Source: an uncultured Spirochaetota bacterium
Lineage (GTDB): Bacteria; Spirochaetota; Spirochaetia; SZUA-6; Fen-1364
Direction: 5' to 3'
Length of the DNA: 64,000 bases
Assembly: GCA_963820525.1 (NCBI GenBank)
Contig: CAWGAA010000001.1
Location: forward strand, 992,001-1,056,000
Shown: positions 54,571-64,000 of the stretch, in pieces
Position numbering within the stretch: the stretch's first letter is position 1
Layout: every line of letters begins with the position of its first letter
Made by a program: the position numbers and the translations under genes
Notes under the pieces: model-generated
Seen by the model: only the letters and a program-made list of their open reading frames with translations
Databases searched by the model: none
Told to the model about the DNA's origin: nothing

Positions 54571-54779
54571 CGACGCGCGTGATGCGCGCCGGCCGTTCTG
54601 CTCTTTGAAAACGAACCCTCCTTTGGTGTGTTGGTAAAAGGGGAATGCATGCTCCCGGCGGTCTTCGGTGGCCGGGATGCGCATTTCCTTGTTGAAAGGG
54701 GAAATGGGAACGGTGGGAAGGACGCGCGAATCCTTCCCGTGATCGAGAAACCCCGACAACACACAGGGCATGAAATGCC

Positions 54780-54797
54780 AGAGGCACGGAAGCCTCT
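54780..54797 (+). promoter_or_regulatory. CsrA-binding hairpin in the second flagellin leader
   Basis: AGAGGC-ACGGAA-GCCTCT, followed by AAGGA in the SD. Confidence 0.7.
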
Positions 54798-54819
54798 ACA
54801 GCAATTCAAGGAGGGTCAG

Positions 54820-55668
54820 ATGATAATAAACCACAACATGAGTGCTCTGTACGCGAACAGGATCCTGAAGTTCGACGTACTAAATGTGCAAGGCGACATC
54901 GAGAAGCTGTCCTCGGGGCAGCGGATCAACAAGGCGGGGGACGACGCGTCCGGCTTGGCCGTGTCTGAAAAGCTCCGCTCACAGATCCGCGGGCTCAATC
55001 AGGCCGAGCGAAACATCGAGAACGCGGTATCCTTCATCCAGACGACTGAAGGCTACCTGCAGGAGAGCCAGGATATCATGCACCGGATCCGCGAGCTGAG
55101 CGTACAGTCGGCGAACGGCGTCTACACGGATGAAGACCGGATGCAGATCCAGGTCGAAGTTTCCCAGCTGGTTGACGAAGTCAACCGGATCGCCTCCCAG
55201 GCGCAGTTCAACGGAATGAACATGCTCACCGGCGCGTTCGCAACGAACGGCACGCGCCAGATGTTCTTCCAGGTCGGGGCCAACATGGACCAGCGCAAGC
55301 AGGTCTTTATCGGCACCATGACCGCCCAAGCCTTGGGAATCCAGGGCGCGCAGGGAGGGCAGGGAACGATCTCCATCTCCACCCCGGACGCGGCCAACCA
55401 GGCCATCGGAAAACTGGACACAGCCCTGAGAGTGGTCTCCAAGCAGCGCGCCGATCTCGGCGCCTACCAGAACCGCTTCCAGATGGCGGCGAAGGGCGTT
55501 TCGGTGGCGGCAGAAAACCTGCAAGCCGCCGAGTCCCTGATCCGCGACGAAGACATGGCGACGGGGATGGTCCAGTATGTCAAGGATAACATCCTTGTTC
55601 AGGCCGGCACGGCCATGCTGGCCCAGGCCAACCTGCAGCCCCGGTCGGTGCTCCAGCTTCTCGGCTAG
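54820..55668 (+). CDS. flaB: Flagellar core protein FlaB (second paralog)
   Basis: [14 protein letters not shown]...; AAGGAGG RBS. Confidence 0.97.
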   Translation: MIINHNMSALYANRILKFDVLNVQGDIEKLSSGQRINKAGDDASGLAVSEKLRSQIRGLNQAERNIENAVSFIQTTEGYLQESQDIMHRIRELSVQSANGVYTDEDRMQIQVEVSQLVDEVNRIASQAQFNGMNMLTGAFATNGTRQMFFQVGANMDQRKQVFIGTMTAQALGIQGAQGGQGTISISTPDAANQAIGKLDTALRVVSKQRADLGAYQNRFQMAAKGVSVAAENLQAAESLIRDEDMATGMVQYVKDNILVQAGTAMLAQANLQPRSVLQLLG

Positions 55669-55742
55669 CGAAAGTGTACTCGTGAAAACACCGTTCCCAA
55701 AAACGAAGAGGTTACTGGACGTCACCTCTTCACTGAAGTGGA

Positions 55743-55782
55743 GATGGGAAAGGGAGGTCGCGCCCTCCCTCCCATCCTTTTT
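55743..55782 (+). terminator. Intrinsic terminator after the second flaB
   Basis: GATGGG..AGGGAGG / CCTCCCT CCCATC stem followed by TTTTT. Confidence 0.7.
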
Positions 55783-55933
55783 CGCGGGCAGCCGCCGGCC
55801 TGGCACGTGCTCCGCGCGGACCTCACGGGACGGACCTCGGCGAGCACGGTAACGGTTGCAGTCCTTGGGAGGGGAACCCTCGGGCGCATGGATGTGCCCG
55901 GGAGGCAAGGAATACTTTCCTGGAGGTAGAGCC

Positions 55934-56275
55934 ATGGGTCTTGAAATACCCTCAATCCTCAACTCGAACGGTCTGGCGGACATGGTGATGAAGGAACAGC
56001 ACCCCGTTTCAGACCGCCCGCAGCCACGCCCGCAATCCGCCCCTTCGGCGGAGCCGGCGGATCTGGAATCCCAACTCCGAGCCCTTGAAAAGACCTTCAT
56101 CGCCTTCAATCACCACGTGAAGCTCGCGGTCAATGAAGAGATCGACCAGGTCATCATCAAGGTGGTCGACGGCAAAACCGATAAGGTAATCAGGGAGATC
56201 CCCGCCGAGGAGATCCAGCATCTGATCGCCAAGATCAAGCAGACCATGGGGCTGCTGGTGGACGAAAAGATCTAA
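55934..56275 (+). CDS. flaG: Flagellar protein FlaG
   Basis: IIKVVD..T.KVIREIP.EE...GLLVDEKI. Confidence 0.92.
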   Translation: MGLEIPSILNSNGLADMVMKEQHPVSDRPQPRPQSAPSAEPADLESQLRALEKTFIAFNHHVKLAVNEEIDQVIIKVVDGKTDKVIREIPAEEIQHLIAKIKQTMGLLVDEKI

Positions 56276-56311
56276 AGCCCGGGTCTTTGAGGGAGGGGAA
56301 CGGCACGACTC

Positions 56312-58331
56312 ATGTCTGACCTGATCATTCCGGGCATCTCGACCAATACGAACACGCAGAAGATCATCGATGCCCTGATGAATGCCGAGAGGCCCCCTCG
56401 AGCGCATGCAGAAGGAGCAGGCCCTCGACCAGCAGAAAAAGACGGCGTGGCAGGACGTCACGCGAAGGCTTTCCGGGCTGCGCGACAGCGCGCGCGCCCT
56501 CTTCAGCTTCCAGAACCCCTTCACCGAGAAGGTGGCGCAGTCCTCCGACGCGAACATCCTCACCGCCACCGCGAAGCGGGATGCCGTGGAGGAATCAAAA
56601 CGCATCACCGTGAAACAGGTGGCCACGGCGGACCGTTTTCTCTCCCAGTCCCTGCCCAAGGATTTCACCGTTCCGGCGGGGGAATACGTGTTCACCATCG
56701 GGGGCAAGGAGGTGCGGTTCACCTTCAAGGGGGGTTCCCTCAAGGAGTTCGCCGATGCGCTCATCCGGCGCGGCGGGGACCTTCTCACCGCCTCGGTGGT
56801 ATCCGATACGAAGAGCACGCAGGTGCTCCTCGTGGAAGCAAAAAAGACCGGCGCAAACAACCGCCTTGTTTTCAACGGAAAATCGGCCGATCTCGCCCTC
56901 AAGGCCGGCATCATCGAGCGCAGCGCCAACGCGGTGCGACAGCTCGCCCTGACCCAGAAAGGGATCACCGCCTGGGCCAAGGCGCTTACCCCCGACATGT
57001 ACGCCCTTCAAAACGGGACCCTGACCTTGAATCCGGGCTCGGAGATGCGCATCGCGGTGGATCCCTCCGTCCCGCTCAACGCCAACATGGTGCTGGAGCT
57101 TTCAGTGAAGACCGAGGCGCTGAAGGAGCCCGCGCCGGAGCAGCAGGCGCAGTATCCCGGCCCCGCCATTCCCGAGACGGGATCCGTCGAGTTCGAGGGA
57201 ATAACGGTTCAAAGCAGCAAGATGCGGGCGCCAACGCCCGAGATCGCTCCCGCCAAGCCCCCGGAGAAGGTGAGCGACATGCAGGTTCTCTTTATGGAGG
57301 GGGGCGGAAAGCTCATCCCCCTGCCGCAGATCACGGACTCTGCGGACTTCCAGAAGATCCAGATCCCCCTGGGCGAGCTTTCCTCCGCGCTCGATTGGAT
57401 AGACCTGCGCAACAGGAACACCTACCGAAAAGTCTCCATCAAGGACATCAGCCTCTACGACAAGACCCAGCGGGGGGAATATACCCCCAAGAATCCCCTT
57501 TCCCAGGCCGCGGACGCCGTCATATCGATGGACGGCATCGAGGTGAAGAGGGATTCGAACCAGATCGACGACCTCGTTCCCGGCGTGACGCTGAATCTCC
57601 ATGCAGCGGGCGCTTCCCCCGTGGAGATGAAGGTCGGGCGCGACGTGGAGGGGATCAAGAACGCCATTGTGGGCTTTATCGGCTCCTACGACCGCGTCAT
57701 CACGGACATGGACGTCCTCACGCGCAGAGACGAATCGGTCATCACCAACGCGGCGTTCCTGAGCGACGACGAAAAAAAGAAAGCGGCGGACAACCTCGGC
57801 CTGCTTTTCGGGGACCTCTCCCTCCAGCAGCTCAAGGATACCATGCAGCGTGTCATGATGAACGCCTACCCCACCTCCCGGGGAAGAGACCTCGCCATGC
57901 TGGCACAGATCGGCATCGCGACGGACGTGCGCAAGCCCGGCACATCAACCGGCGTGGACCTGTCGAAGCTGCGGGGATACCTGGAGCTGGACGAGCCGAA
58001 GTTCGACGACGCCATCCGGCAGAACGCCGAGGCCGTGAAGGAGCTGTTCGGAAACGACACCAACGGAGACCTGGTTGTGAATGCGGGGGTGGCCTACTCA
58101 CTGGATGCGCTCCTGCGCCCCTACGTGCAGACCGCGGGAATCTTTCCGGCCAAGGTGGCAAACCTCGACGCCGAGATAGCCCGGACCAAGCGTCAGATTA
58201 CAGACTACCAGCAGCACCTCAACCAATACCAGGCCCAGCTCAAGCAGAAGTACGCCGCGATGGAGGGGGCGGTTCAGCAGCTGGAAAAGAACTCCCAGCA
58301 GATCGACAACTTCAACAAGAGAAGCCAGTAA
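56312..58331 (+). CDS. fliD: Flagellar filament cap FliD, frameshifted near 56393
   Basis: MSDLIIPGIS...IIDALMNAER in one frame continues as PLERMQ...KQVATADRFLS...KYAAMEGAVQQL in another. The break is at a C5 run. Confidence 0.92.
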
Positions 58332-58342
58332 GGAGACGGGAC

Positions 58343-59203
58343 GTGCTGTTGAAAATCAACGGAGAGAGCGTCGAGTTCACGCTGGAGAAGGAATCCGTCC
58401 TTTCGGAAGTGGTCAAGGGAGTCCAGGACTGGCTGGGCGGCTCCGGGTTTCTCATCACCGGCATCCGCATGGGCGAGCAGGACCTGTTCTCCCTGCCGCG
58501 CCCCCAATGGGAAGGCACGCCCATCTCCTCCATCCCCGAGCTGGACTTTCGCGTGCGCCACGCCGGAGAGGTGCGGCTGGAGCACTGGGTCACGGCGCGC
58601 GCCTGGCTGGGGGCGCTGGCCAAGGAAGTGACCTCGCCGGGGGGTTCCCTGGAGGAGCTCGCCGTCAACCTGCCTTCCACCCTCGAAAGCCTGAAGAAGA
58701 ACCCCTTCATGCCTTCGGGCTCGGACGCGATAGACCGGCTGGCGTCCCTGTTCATCGGGCAGACTCCGGATCAGGTCCGCGCATGGCCGGCGGAGCGCGG
58801 GCGGGAAACGGCGCGGGTCATCGAGGAGATCCGCGGGCAGCTGGGAAAGCGCATCGACGAGGCCACCCACCCCCGGGAGAGCCTGAAGAGCTACATCGCG
58901 GAGCTGCGGCTCCTTCACGGGCGGATATCGGACGTCTCGGTACTGCTGCAGACGGGCAAGGACAGGCAGGCGATGGAGACGGTGGTCGGATTCTCCGAGC
59001 TCGTGCAGAAGCTCCTCGACATCGTCCCCTACCTTCCCAAGGACGCGGAGCGGGAGAAGCTCTTCGCCGAGCTCAACCCCGTGCTTCGCGAGATCATCTC
59101 CGCCTTCGACGCCAGGGACTTCGTGCTGATCGGGGACCTCTTCGAGTACGAGGTGGCCCCCCGGATCGGGAAGCTCCTGCCCCTCTTGGAGAAATGCGCA
59201 TGA
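58343..59203 (+). CDS. Conserved hypothetical protein downstream of fliD
   Basis: GTG after AGGAG; C-terminal ELN..L.EI..AF...D.VLIGDL.EYEVAP. Confidence 0.8.
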   Translation: MLLKINGESVEFTLEKESVLSEVVKGVQDWLGGSGFLITGIRMGEQDLFSLPRPQWEGTPISSIPELDFRVRHAGEVRLEHWVTARAWLGALAKEVTSPGGSLEELAVNLPSTLESLKKNPFMPSGSDAIDRLASLFIGQTPDQVRAWPAERGRETARVIEEIRGQLGKRIDEATHPRESLKSYIAELRLLHGRISDVSVLLQTGKDRQAMETVVGFSELVQKLLDIVPYLPKDAEREKLFAELNPVLREIISAFDARDFVLIGDLFEYEVAPRIGKLLPLLEKCA

Positions 59204-60378
59204 TCCTCATGCAGGCGGGCTACAGCCTCCTGGCAAGCGAGAGCCCGCACGCCCTTCTGTACTTCGCCATCGGGATCGGCTCCCTGGTGATCCTGCTTTT
59301 CATCGGGGCGCTGGTCAACCGGAGGCGCATGCCAACCAGCCCGGATGAGCAGGCGAAATACTCCCACTTCGTGTTCCGCCGGACCGCGCGGTCCATGGGG
59401 CTTCCCAATTCCCACGCCGAAACCCTGGGCAAGCTCGTTCAGGCCTGCAAGCTCCGGCAGCCGTTCCTCGTGTTCTCAAGCTCGGGGCTTCTCGACGACG
59501 TGCTTCGAAAGGGCCTGTACTCCATCGAGAACTCGCGAAGCATCCCGGAGGAGGAAAAGGAGCGCAGGAAGTCCGTTCTCTTCGAGATAAAGCAGATCAT
59601 CGAGGCCAACGCCCGCAAGGGCACGACGTTGAAGACCACGCACTTTCTCAAGCCCGGCCAGGCCCTCACCCTCACCCTGGAGGGCGGCGGGCATTTCCCC
59701 AGCAAGCTCATCTCGAACATGAAGGATTTCCTCAGCGTGGCGGCCCCTCCCGAGGGCGCCGCAAGCAGCGCGCGGTGGATGCGCGGCACAAAGCTCTCCG
59801 TGTACTTCTGGCGGGAGAACGACGCGGGCTACTCGTTTCTCTCGAAGGTCCTCGGGTACGACACCGTGAGAGGCCAGCCCTGCGTCCTGATCCAGCACGG
59901 CAAGGCGCTCGCCCGGGAGCAGCGCCGCACGAGCAAGAGAAGGCAGATCCTGCGCGCCTGCTTCTACTATCCCATCCGGATAGCGGAGGCGGAAGGCGGC
60001 CGGAAGAATGAAAAGAAGGCCGTGGTGGAGAGCCACCTCAGGTCCCTGGGCACCGTCGTGGACCTGTCCGCCGGCGGATGCGCGATCCAGTCGCTCTCCC
60101 CCTTCGAGCCGGGCAAGCTGATCATGGTGGAGTTCGACATCGACAAGAAGGCTCCCATACGGGCCTTCGGCAAGGTGAAGAGGGTGCGCCGCTTGAAGGG
60201 GCGCGGCGGGATCATGCACATCATGTTCACCAGGGTCACCCGTCAGTACCTCAACCGGATCCGCTCCTTCGTCTACGACTTCAGCAAGCCGCCCGCTGGA
60301 TCGGTCTCCATGGAAGGAGCCCCGCAGCGGACCGCCTCGTCCTCCGCCCCGACCCTGCGGCCGCGTCCGCCGCGTTGA
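59200..60378 (+). CDS. Membrane-anchored PilZ-domain (YcgR-like) protein
   Basis: N-terminal TM segment; QRRTSKR and DLSAGG motifs; ATGA overlap. Confidence 0.85.
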   Translation: MILMQAGYSLLASESPHALLYFAIGIGSLVILLFIGALVNRRRMPTSPDEQAKYSHFVFRRTARSMGLPNSHAETLGKLVQACKLRQPFLVFSSSGLLDDVLRKGLYSIENSRSIPEEEKERRKSVLFEIKQIIEANARKGTTLKTTHFLKPGQALTLTLEGGGHFPSKLISNMKDFLSVAAPPEGAASSARWMRGTKLSVYFWRENDAGYSFLSKVLGYDTVRGQPCVLIQHGKALAREQRRTSKRRQILRACFYYPIRIAEAEGGRKNEKKAVVESHLRSLGTVVDLSAGGCAIQSLSPFEPGKLIMVEFDIDKKAPIRAFGKVKRVRRLKGRGGIMHIMFTRVTRQYLNRIRSFVYDFSKPPAGSVSMEGAPQRTASSSAPTLRPRPPR

Positions 60379-60410
60379 CCTCCCAGTCCGATTTCACTAC
60401 CCTTTCCCGC

Positions 60411-60848
60411 GTGGAAGCCCGCGGCGTGACACGGATTTTCAGCTCGAGCCCCGAAGAAACCATCGAGATAGGAAGGCGCATCGCGGGCCGACTCTCCGCG
60501 GGGTCCGTGGTGCTTCTCATCGGCCCGCTGGGGTCGGGCAAGACCACGCTCGCCAAGGGCATCGCGCTCGGCCTCGGCGTTCGGGAGCCGATCGTCAGCC
60601 CCACCTACACCATCGTCTCGGAGTACGCAGGGGATAAACCCCTTTACCATATCGATCTCTACCGCATCGAGGGCGCCGAGCAGACCGAGAACCTCGGCCT
60701 TGACGACATCCTCTGGGCCGGAGGAGTCTCCCTGGTGGAGTGGGGAGAGAAGCTCGCCATCGATTTCCCCCGGCCGCCCGTGCGGATCGCCCTCGCGATG
60801 AGCGGCGAGGGGGCGCGGACCATAACGGTGGAGGGGCTCGCCCTGTGA
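60411..60848 (+). CDS. tsaE: tRNA t6A biosynthesis ATPase TsaE (start uncertain: 60375, 60411 or 60426)
   Basis: GPLGSGKTT, SPTYTIV.EY, HIDLYR and VEWGE motifs. Confidence 0.95.
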   Translation: MEARGVTRIFSSSPEETIEIGRRIAGRLSAGSVVLLIGPLGSGKTTLAKGIALGLGVREPIVSPTYTIVSEYAGDKPLYHIDLYRIEGAEQTENLGLDDILWAGGVSLVEWGEKLAIDFPRPPVRIALAMSGEGARTITVEGLAL

Positions 60849-61521
60849 ACTCGCTCGCCATCGACACTTCAACCGAAGTACTGGGGCTGTGCGTGAGAAA
60901 GGGGGATGCGTTCGCCTCCCTGAGCCTGCGCCATGGGCTTCAGCACGCCCCCTCGCTCCTGCCGCTGATTGACAGGCTCCTGCGCGAGGTATCCTTCGCA
61001 GTCGCCGAGATCAACCTCATTATCTGCTCCACCGGTCCCGGCTCCTTTACGGGGATACGCATAGGCCTTGCAACGGCCAAGGGCATTTCCCTTGCCACGT
61101 CCTGCCCCGTGGCGGGCGTGTCCACCCTTGATGCATTCGCCTATCCCTACGGTTCGTTCGCCGGCGATGTGTATCCCGTCATCGACGCGCGCAAGGGCAA
61201 CTACTACACGGCCCTCTTCCAGGACGGAAGCCGGGCGAGCGAGTACCTCGACATCCCTCCCGGGGAGCTCCGCCGGCGGCTTTTGGCCGGCGGCCGCGGG
61301 CTCCTGGTGGGCCCGACGCCGGGGCAATCCGCGACAGGCTCTTCGAGGAGGGGGACCGGAAGGCCCGCGAAAAGGTGTCCTGCTCGGGGTTCATCGATCC
61401 GCGGGCGCTCCTTCAAATCGGAGAAGAGCGCTTTGCCAGGGAGGGGGCGGTCTCCGAGAGCCTCATCCCCCTCTACCTTCGCAAGAGCGAGGCGGAGATC
61501 TCCGCCGGGCGGAAACACTAG
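60845..61521 (+). CDS. tsaB: tRNA t6A biosynthesis protein TsaB, frameshifted near 61310
   Basis: LAIDTS, GPGSFTGIRIG and IDARK. After a frame change it ends with PLYLRKSEAE...TAG. Confidence 0.92.
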
Positions 61522-61523
61522 GC

Positions 61524-62594
61524 ATGGACGAACAGGAAAGGGCCAACGGCGAGCCCGTCGAGATCGTGGAGGAAGAGACCCGGAGCGCCGCCGAGGAACC
61601 GGATCTCCTTTCCTCCGTGGAGTGCGGGCAGTGGCGGACGTCGGCCTTCAACGACCAGGTGCCCAGCCTCTTTCTGGACAAGAGACTGAAGATTCTCCTG
61701 GCAAACGACAGCTTCTGCAGGCTCTTCGGTTGCCGGTCCCAGCCCTCCGGGATTTATTTCACCCAGTTCTTCGCTCCGTTCTTCAACGAGAAGAAGAGCT
61801 CCGAGCTGTTCCGCGCCATCATCTCCAAGGAATCGGGGTACACCTGGAGCGGGCGCGTGGAGAGGATCGGCATGGATCAGCTCATGACAATCTCCAAGGT
61901 TTGGGTTGTCCCCATCCTCTCGCCGGCCTCCCCTACCCCGCGGGCATACGGCGTGTTCTGCCTCGACATGACGGTGGAGTACCGCCAGCTCTTGCAGGAT
62001 ACGTTCTCCAGCCTCCTGGGGGCGGCGCGCCTCAAGGACAACGACACGGGAAACCACATCGAGAGGGTGAACCGGTACGCCCGGACGCTCGCCGAGCACC
62101 TGCTCGGCCGCCCGCAGTGGCCCGAGGTTGACCGGCAGTTCGTGGAGAGCATCGGGCAGGTCTCCGCCCTGCATGACATCGGAAAGATCGGAACACCCGA
62201 CGATATCTTGAACAAGGCGGGGCCCCTGGAGGCGTGGGAGCGGACCGTGATGAAGCAGCATACCACCAACGGCTATATCATCCTCAGCACGTATCCCAAC
62301 CCGATAGCGCGTGACATCGCCCTGCGCCACCACGAGTGGTGGGACGGCACAGGGTATCCTTACGAGCTCGTCGGGGATCTCATCCCGCTTTCTGCCCGCC
62401 TCGTCGCCTTCGCCGACGTGTACGACGCGCTTCGGATGCCCCGATCGTACAAGGAAGCCTTCACGCACGAGAGGGCGGTGAAGACCATAGACGATGAGAA
62501 CGGATCGCACTTCGATCCTTCCCTCCTGGAGCCCTTCCACGCCGTGGCGGACGAGTTCGATCGGATCTTCAGCGAGCTGGGGGATTCTGCTTAG
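61524..62594 (+). CDS. PAS-like plus HD-GYP domain phosphodiesterase
   Basis: [33 protein letters not shown]...R.YK and HFDP motifs. Confidence 0.92.
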   Translation: MDEQERANGEPVEIVEEETRSAAEEPDLLSSVECGQWRTSAFNDQVPSLFLDKRLKILLANDSFCRLFGCRSQPSGIYFTQFFAPFFNEKKSSELFRAIISKESGYTWSGRVERIGMDQLMTISKVWVVPILSPASPTPRAYGVFCLDMTVEYRQLLQDTFSSLLGAARLKDNDTGNHIERVNRYARTLAEHLLGRPQWPEVDRQFVESIGQVSALHDIGKIGTPDDILNKAGPLEAWERTVMKQHTTNGYIILSTYPNPIARDIALRHHEWWDGTGYPYELVGDLIPLSARLVAFADVYDALRMPRSYKEAFTHERAVKTIDDENGSHFDPSLLEPFHAVADEFDRIFSELGDSA

Positions 62595-62865
62595 GAGGCG
62601 TTCCGCCGGAACCCTCCGGCTGCCCCTTCGGGGCGGATGCGGGAGACGAAAGCTCCTCCAGGTTGGGGAGGAGGTCCGGTTTGGCCCTGGCCGCTTCCAG
62701 GTTTTCCTGCTGGATCATCTGATACACCTCGCGGCGGTACACCTTGACCTGCCGCGGCGCGCTGATGCCGAGCTTGACCTGGTCTCCCTTGATGTCGACG
62801 ATGGATATCTCCACCTGGTCGCCGATCATGATGCTTTCGTTGATCTTTCGCGCCAGGATCAGCAT
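62569..62865 (-). CDS. csrA: Carbon storage regulator CsrA
   Basis: MLILARK.NESI.IGD...VKLGI.AP..V.VYR.EVY. Confidence 0.95.
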   Translation of the reverse strand: MLILARKINESIMIGDQVEISIVDIKGDQVKLGISAPRQVKVYRREVYQMIQQENLEAARAKPDLLPNLEELSSPASAPKGQPEGSGGTPPKQNPPAR

Positions 62866-63311
62866 GTTCCCTGCCTTACGACCTTCATCTCTTCCAGGAT
62901 CAGGTGGCGGATACCCCACTTGGGGTTGTTGCTGATGCACTGGCGGCCGACGCGCGTCTTCCTGTTGATGACGAGGGGCCCCTGGAGGTTTGCCGTCATG
63001 CGCTTGGAATCCTCCGCGGGGATCGTGACGATGGCGAAGACCAGAAGGTCCTCCCGGGAGGCGATGCCGATCTCGGCGAGCTCCTCCGGGTTCACGTCGG
63101 GGGAGTAGTCGGGCCGGAAGATGATGGGCTCGATCAGGACAAAGGCGATCTCCACCCGGTCGAGTGACTGAAGCCAGTAGAAGGGCGGCTGGGCCGCGTC
63201 GAACAGGACGTAGTCTTTCAGGCCCTCGAAGCCGAGGATGCCGTCGGGAAAACTGATCTTCTGGCGGTCATCCACCTCGATCTCGCCATGGGCTTTTGTC
63301 AGGACTCTCAT
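62859..63311 (-). CDS. fliW: Flagellar assembly factor FliW
   Basis: [15 protein letters not shown] and [11 protein letters not shown] motifs. Confidence 0.95.
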   Translation of the reverse strand: MRVLTKAHGEIEVDDRQKISFPDGILGFEGLKDYVLFDAAQPPFYWLQSLDRVEIAFVLIEPIIFRPDYSPDVNPEELAEIGIASREDLLVFAIVTIPAEDSKRMTANLQGPLVINRKTRVGRQCISNNPKWGIRHLILEEMKVVRQGTC

Positions 63312-63314
63312 CGC

Positions 63315-64000
63315 TTACCTCAGGAAATCCAGCAGTGTGGGAGAGAGCACGCGGGCCGCGGTGGCCAGCGCCGCCTCGTGGCCGTACTCGAGCATCTTGA
63401 GCTCTGTCACGGCCTGGGTGAGGTCCAGATCCCTCTCCCGGGAATCGAAGCTCACCAGTTGGGGCTTTTCCGTGTCCAGCCGTTTTCCCGCCGTCTCGAC
63501 CCGGTTGTCCTTGGAGCCGACCTCCGCGAGGGTCCCCGCCAGGCTGCCGATGGCCGAGTCGATGCCCTTCAGGCCGGCGGTCCCCACCTTGTCCGTGGAG
63601 CCCTCGAAGAGGGCGTCGCGAAGCTGCGTCACCATGTCGAATACGGAGCCGCCGAACACCCGGGCGCTGGGCGCGTAGTTCAGCGGCGAGCGCGGCGAGC
63701 CCCGGGCGAGGATGCCCAGATCCTGCAGCACGGTGCCCTCGTCCAGGTCCTCGGCCTGGATCTGATGGGGCCGGGTGGTTTCGATCACCAACCCGTTGGC
63801 CACGGGGTCCAGTCGCGCCCGCACCGGCGCGTTGGAGTCGTTGATCTTGGCAATGACGGCGCTCACCGTGTCTCCAGGTGAAAGGAGGATCTCGGTTCCA
63901 TCGATCCGGATCCTCGAAGCGGCCTGCACCTGGTAGCGCGAGGCGTCCACCGTGGAGTAGATCTGCTGCTGCTCGGCCCAGAAGGCGAAGTTGCCGGGCA
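63315..64000 (-). CDS. flgL: Flagellar hook-associated protein 3, 5'-partial
   Basis: C-terminal DLDLTQAVTELKM.E..H.AAL...AR.L.PTLLDFLR; directly upstream of fliW-csrA. Confidence 0.92.
   Translation of the reverse strand, partial: PGNFAFWAEQQQIYSTVDASRYQVQAASRIRIDGTEILLSPGDTVSAVIAKINDSNAPVRARLDPVANGLVIETTRPHQIQAEDLDEGTVLQDLGILARGSPRSPLNYAPSARVFGGSVFDMVTQLRDALFEGSTDKVGTAGLKGIDSAIGSLAGTLAEVGSKDNRVETAGKRLDTEKPQLVSFDSRERDLDLTQAVTELKMLEYGHEAALATAARVLSPTLLDFLR

Noticed and set aside
56312..59203. 963-aa ORF
   Set aside because: An artefact of the fliD frameshift: it joins the FliD N-terminus, an off-frame stretch and the separate gene starting at 58343.

Overview
A GC-rich bacterial chromosome segment, most likely from a member of the Spirochaetota. 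The evidence is two Treponema-type FlaB flagellins, a PlzA-like PilZ protein, the fliW-csrA-flgL and fliD-PilZ-tsaE-tsaB gene order, and an rrn operon carrying a single tRNA-Ile. From left to right the window holds: (1) an orphan IS630 HTH remnant and ridA; (2) an AraC-linked sugar ABC transporter with a GH127 beta-L-arabinofuranosidase; (3) MocR, cNMP-binding and GNAT genes; (4) a ~1020-aa HEAT-repeat class III cyclase lying downstream of a divergent six-gene lipoprotein/FGE-domain/Opp-like ABC operon; (5) a ~7.8-kb accessory block bracketed by the intact 5S rRNA gene and a displaced 5S 3' fragment, with a 170-nt structured element between 20-bp direct repeats at the junction; (6) a complete minus-strand 16S-tRNA(Ile)-23S-5S operon; (7) ahcY-zinc finger-adk and metX-metW; (8) a second HEAT-repeat cyclase paralog and a Prx/Grx pair; (9) infC-rpmI-rplT-zapB-zapA; (10) a flagellar filament and c-di-GMP cluster. 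Several genes, including the normally essential tsaB, are broken by single-base indels in short homopolymers, which points to sequencing error rather than true pseudogenes. All calls come from reading motifs by eye; no database search was run.
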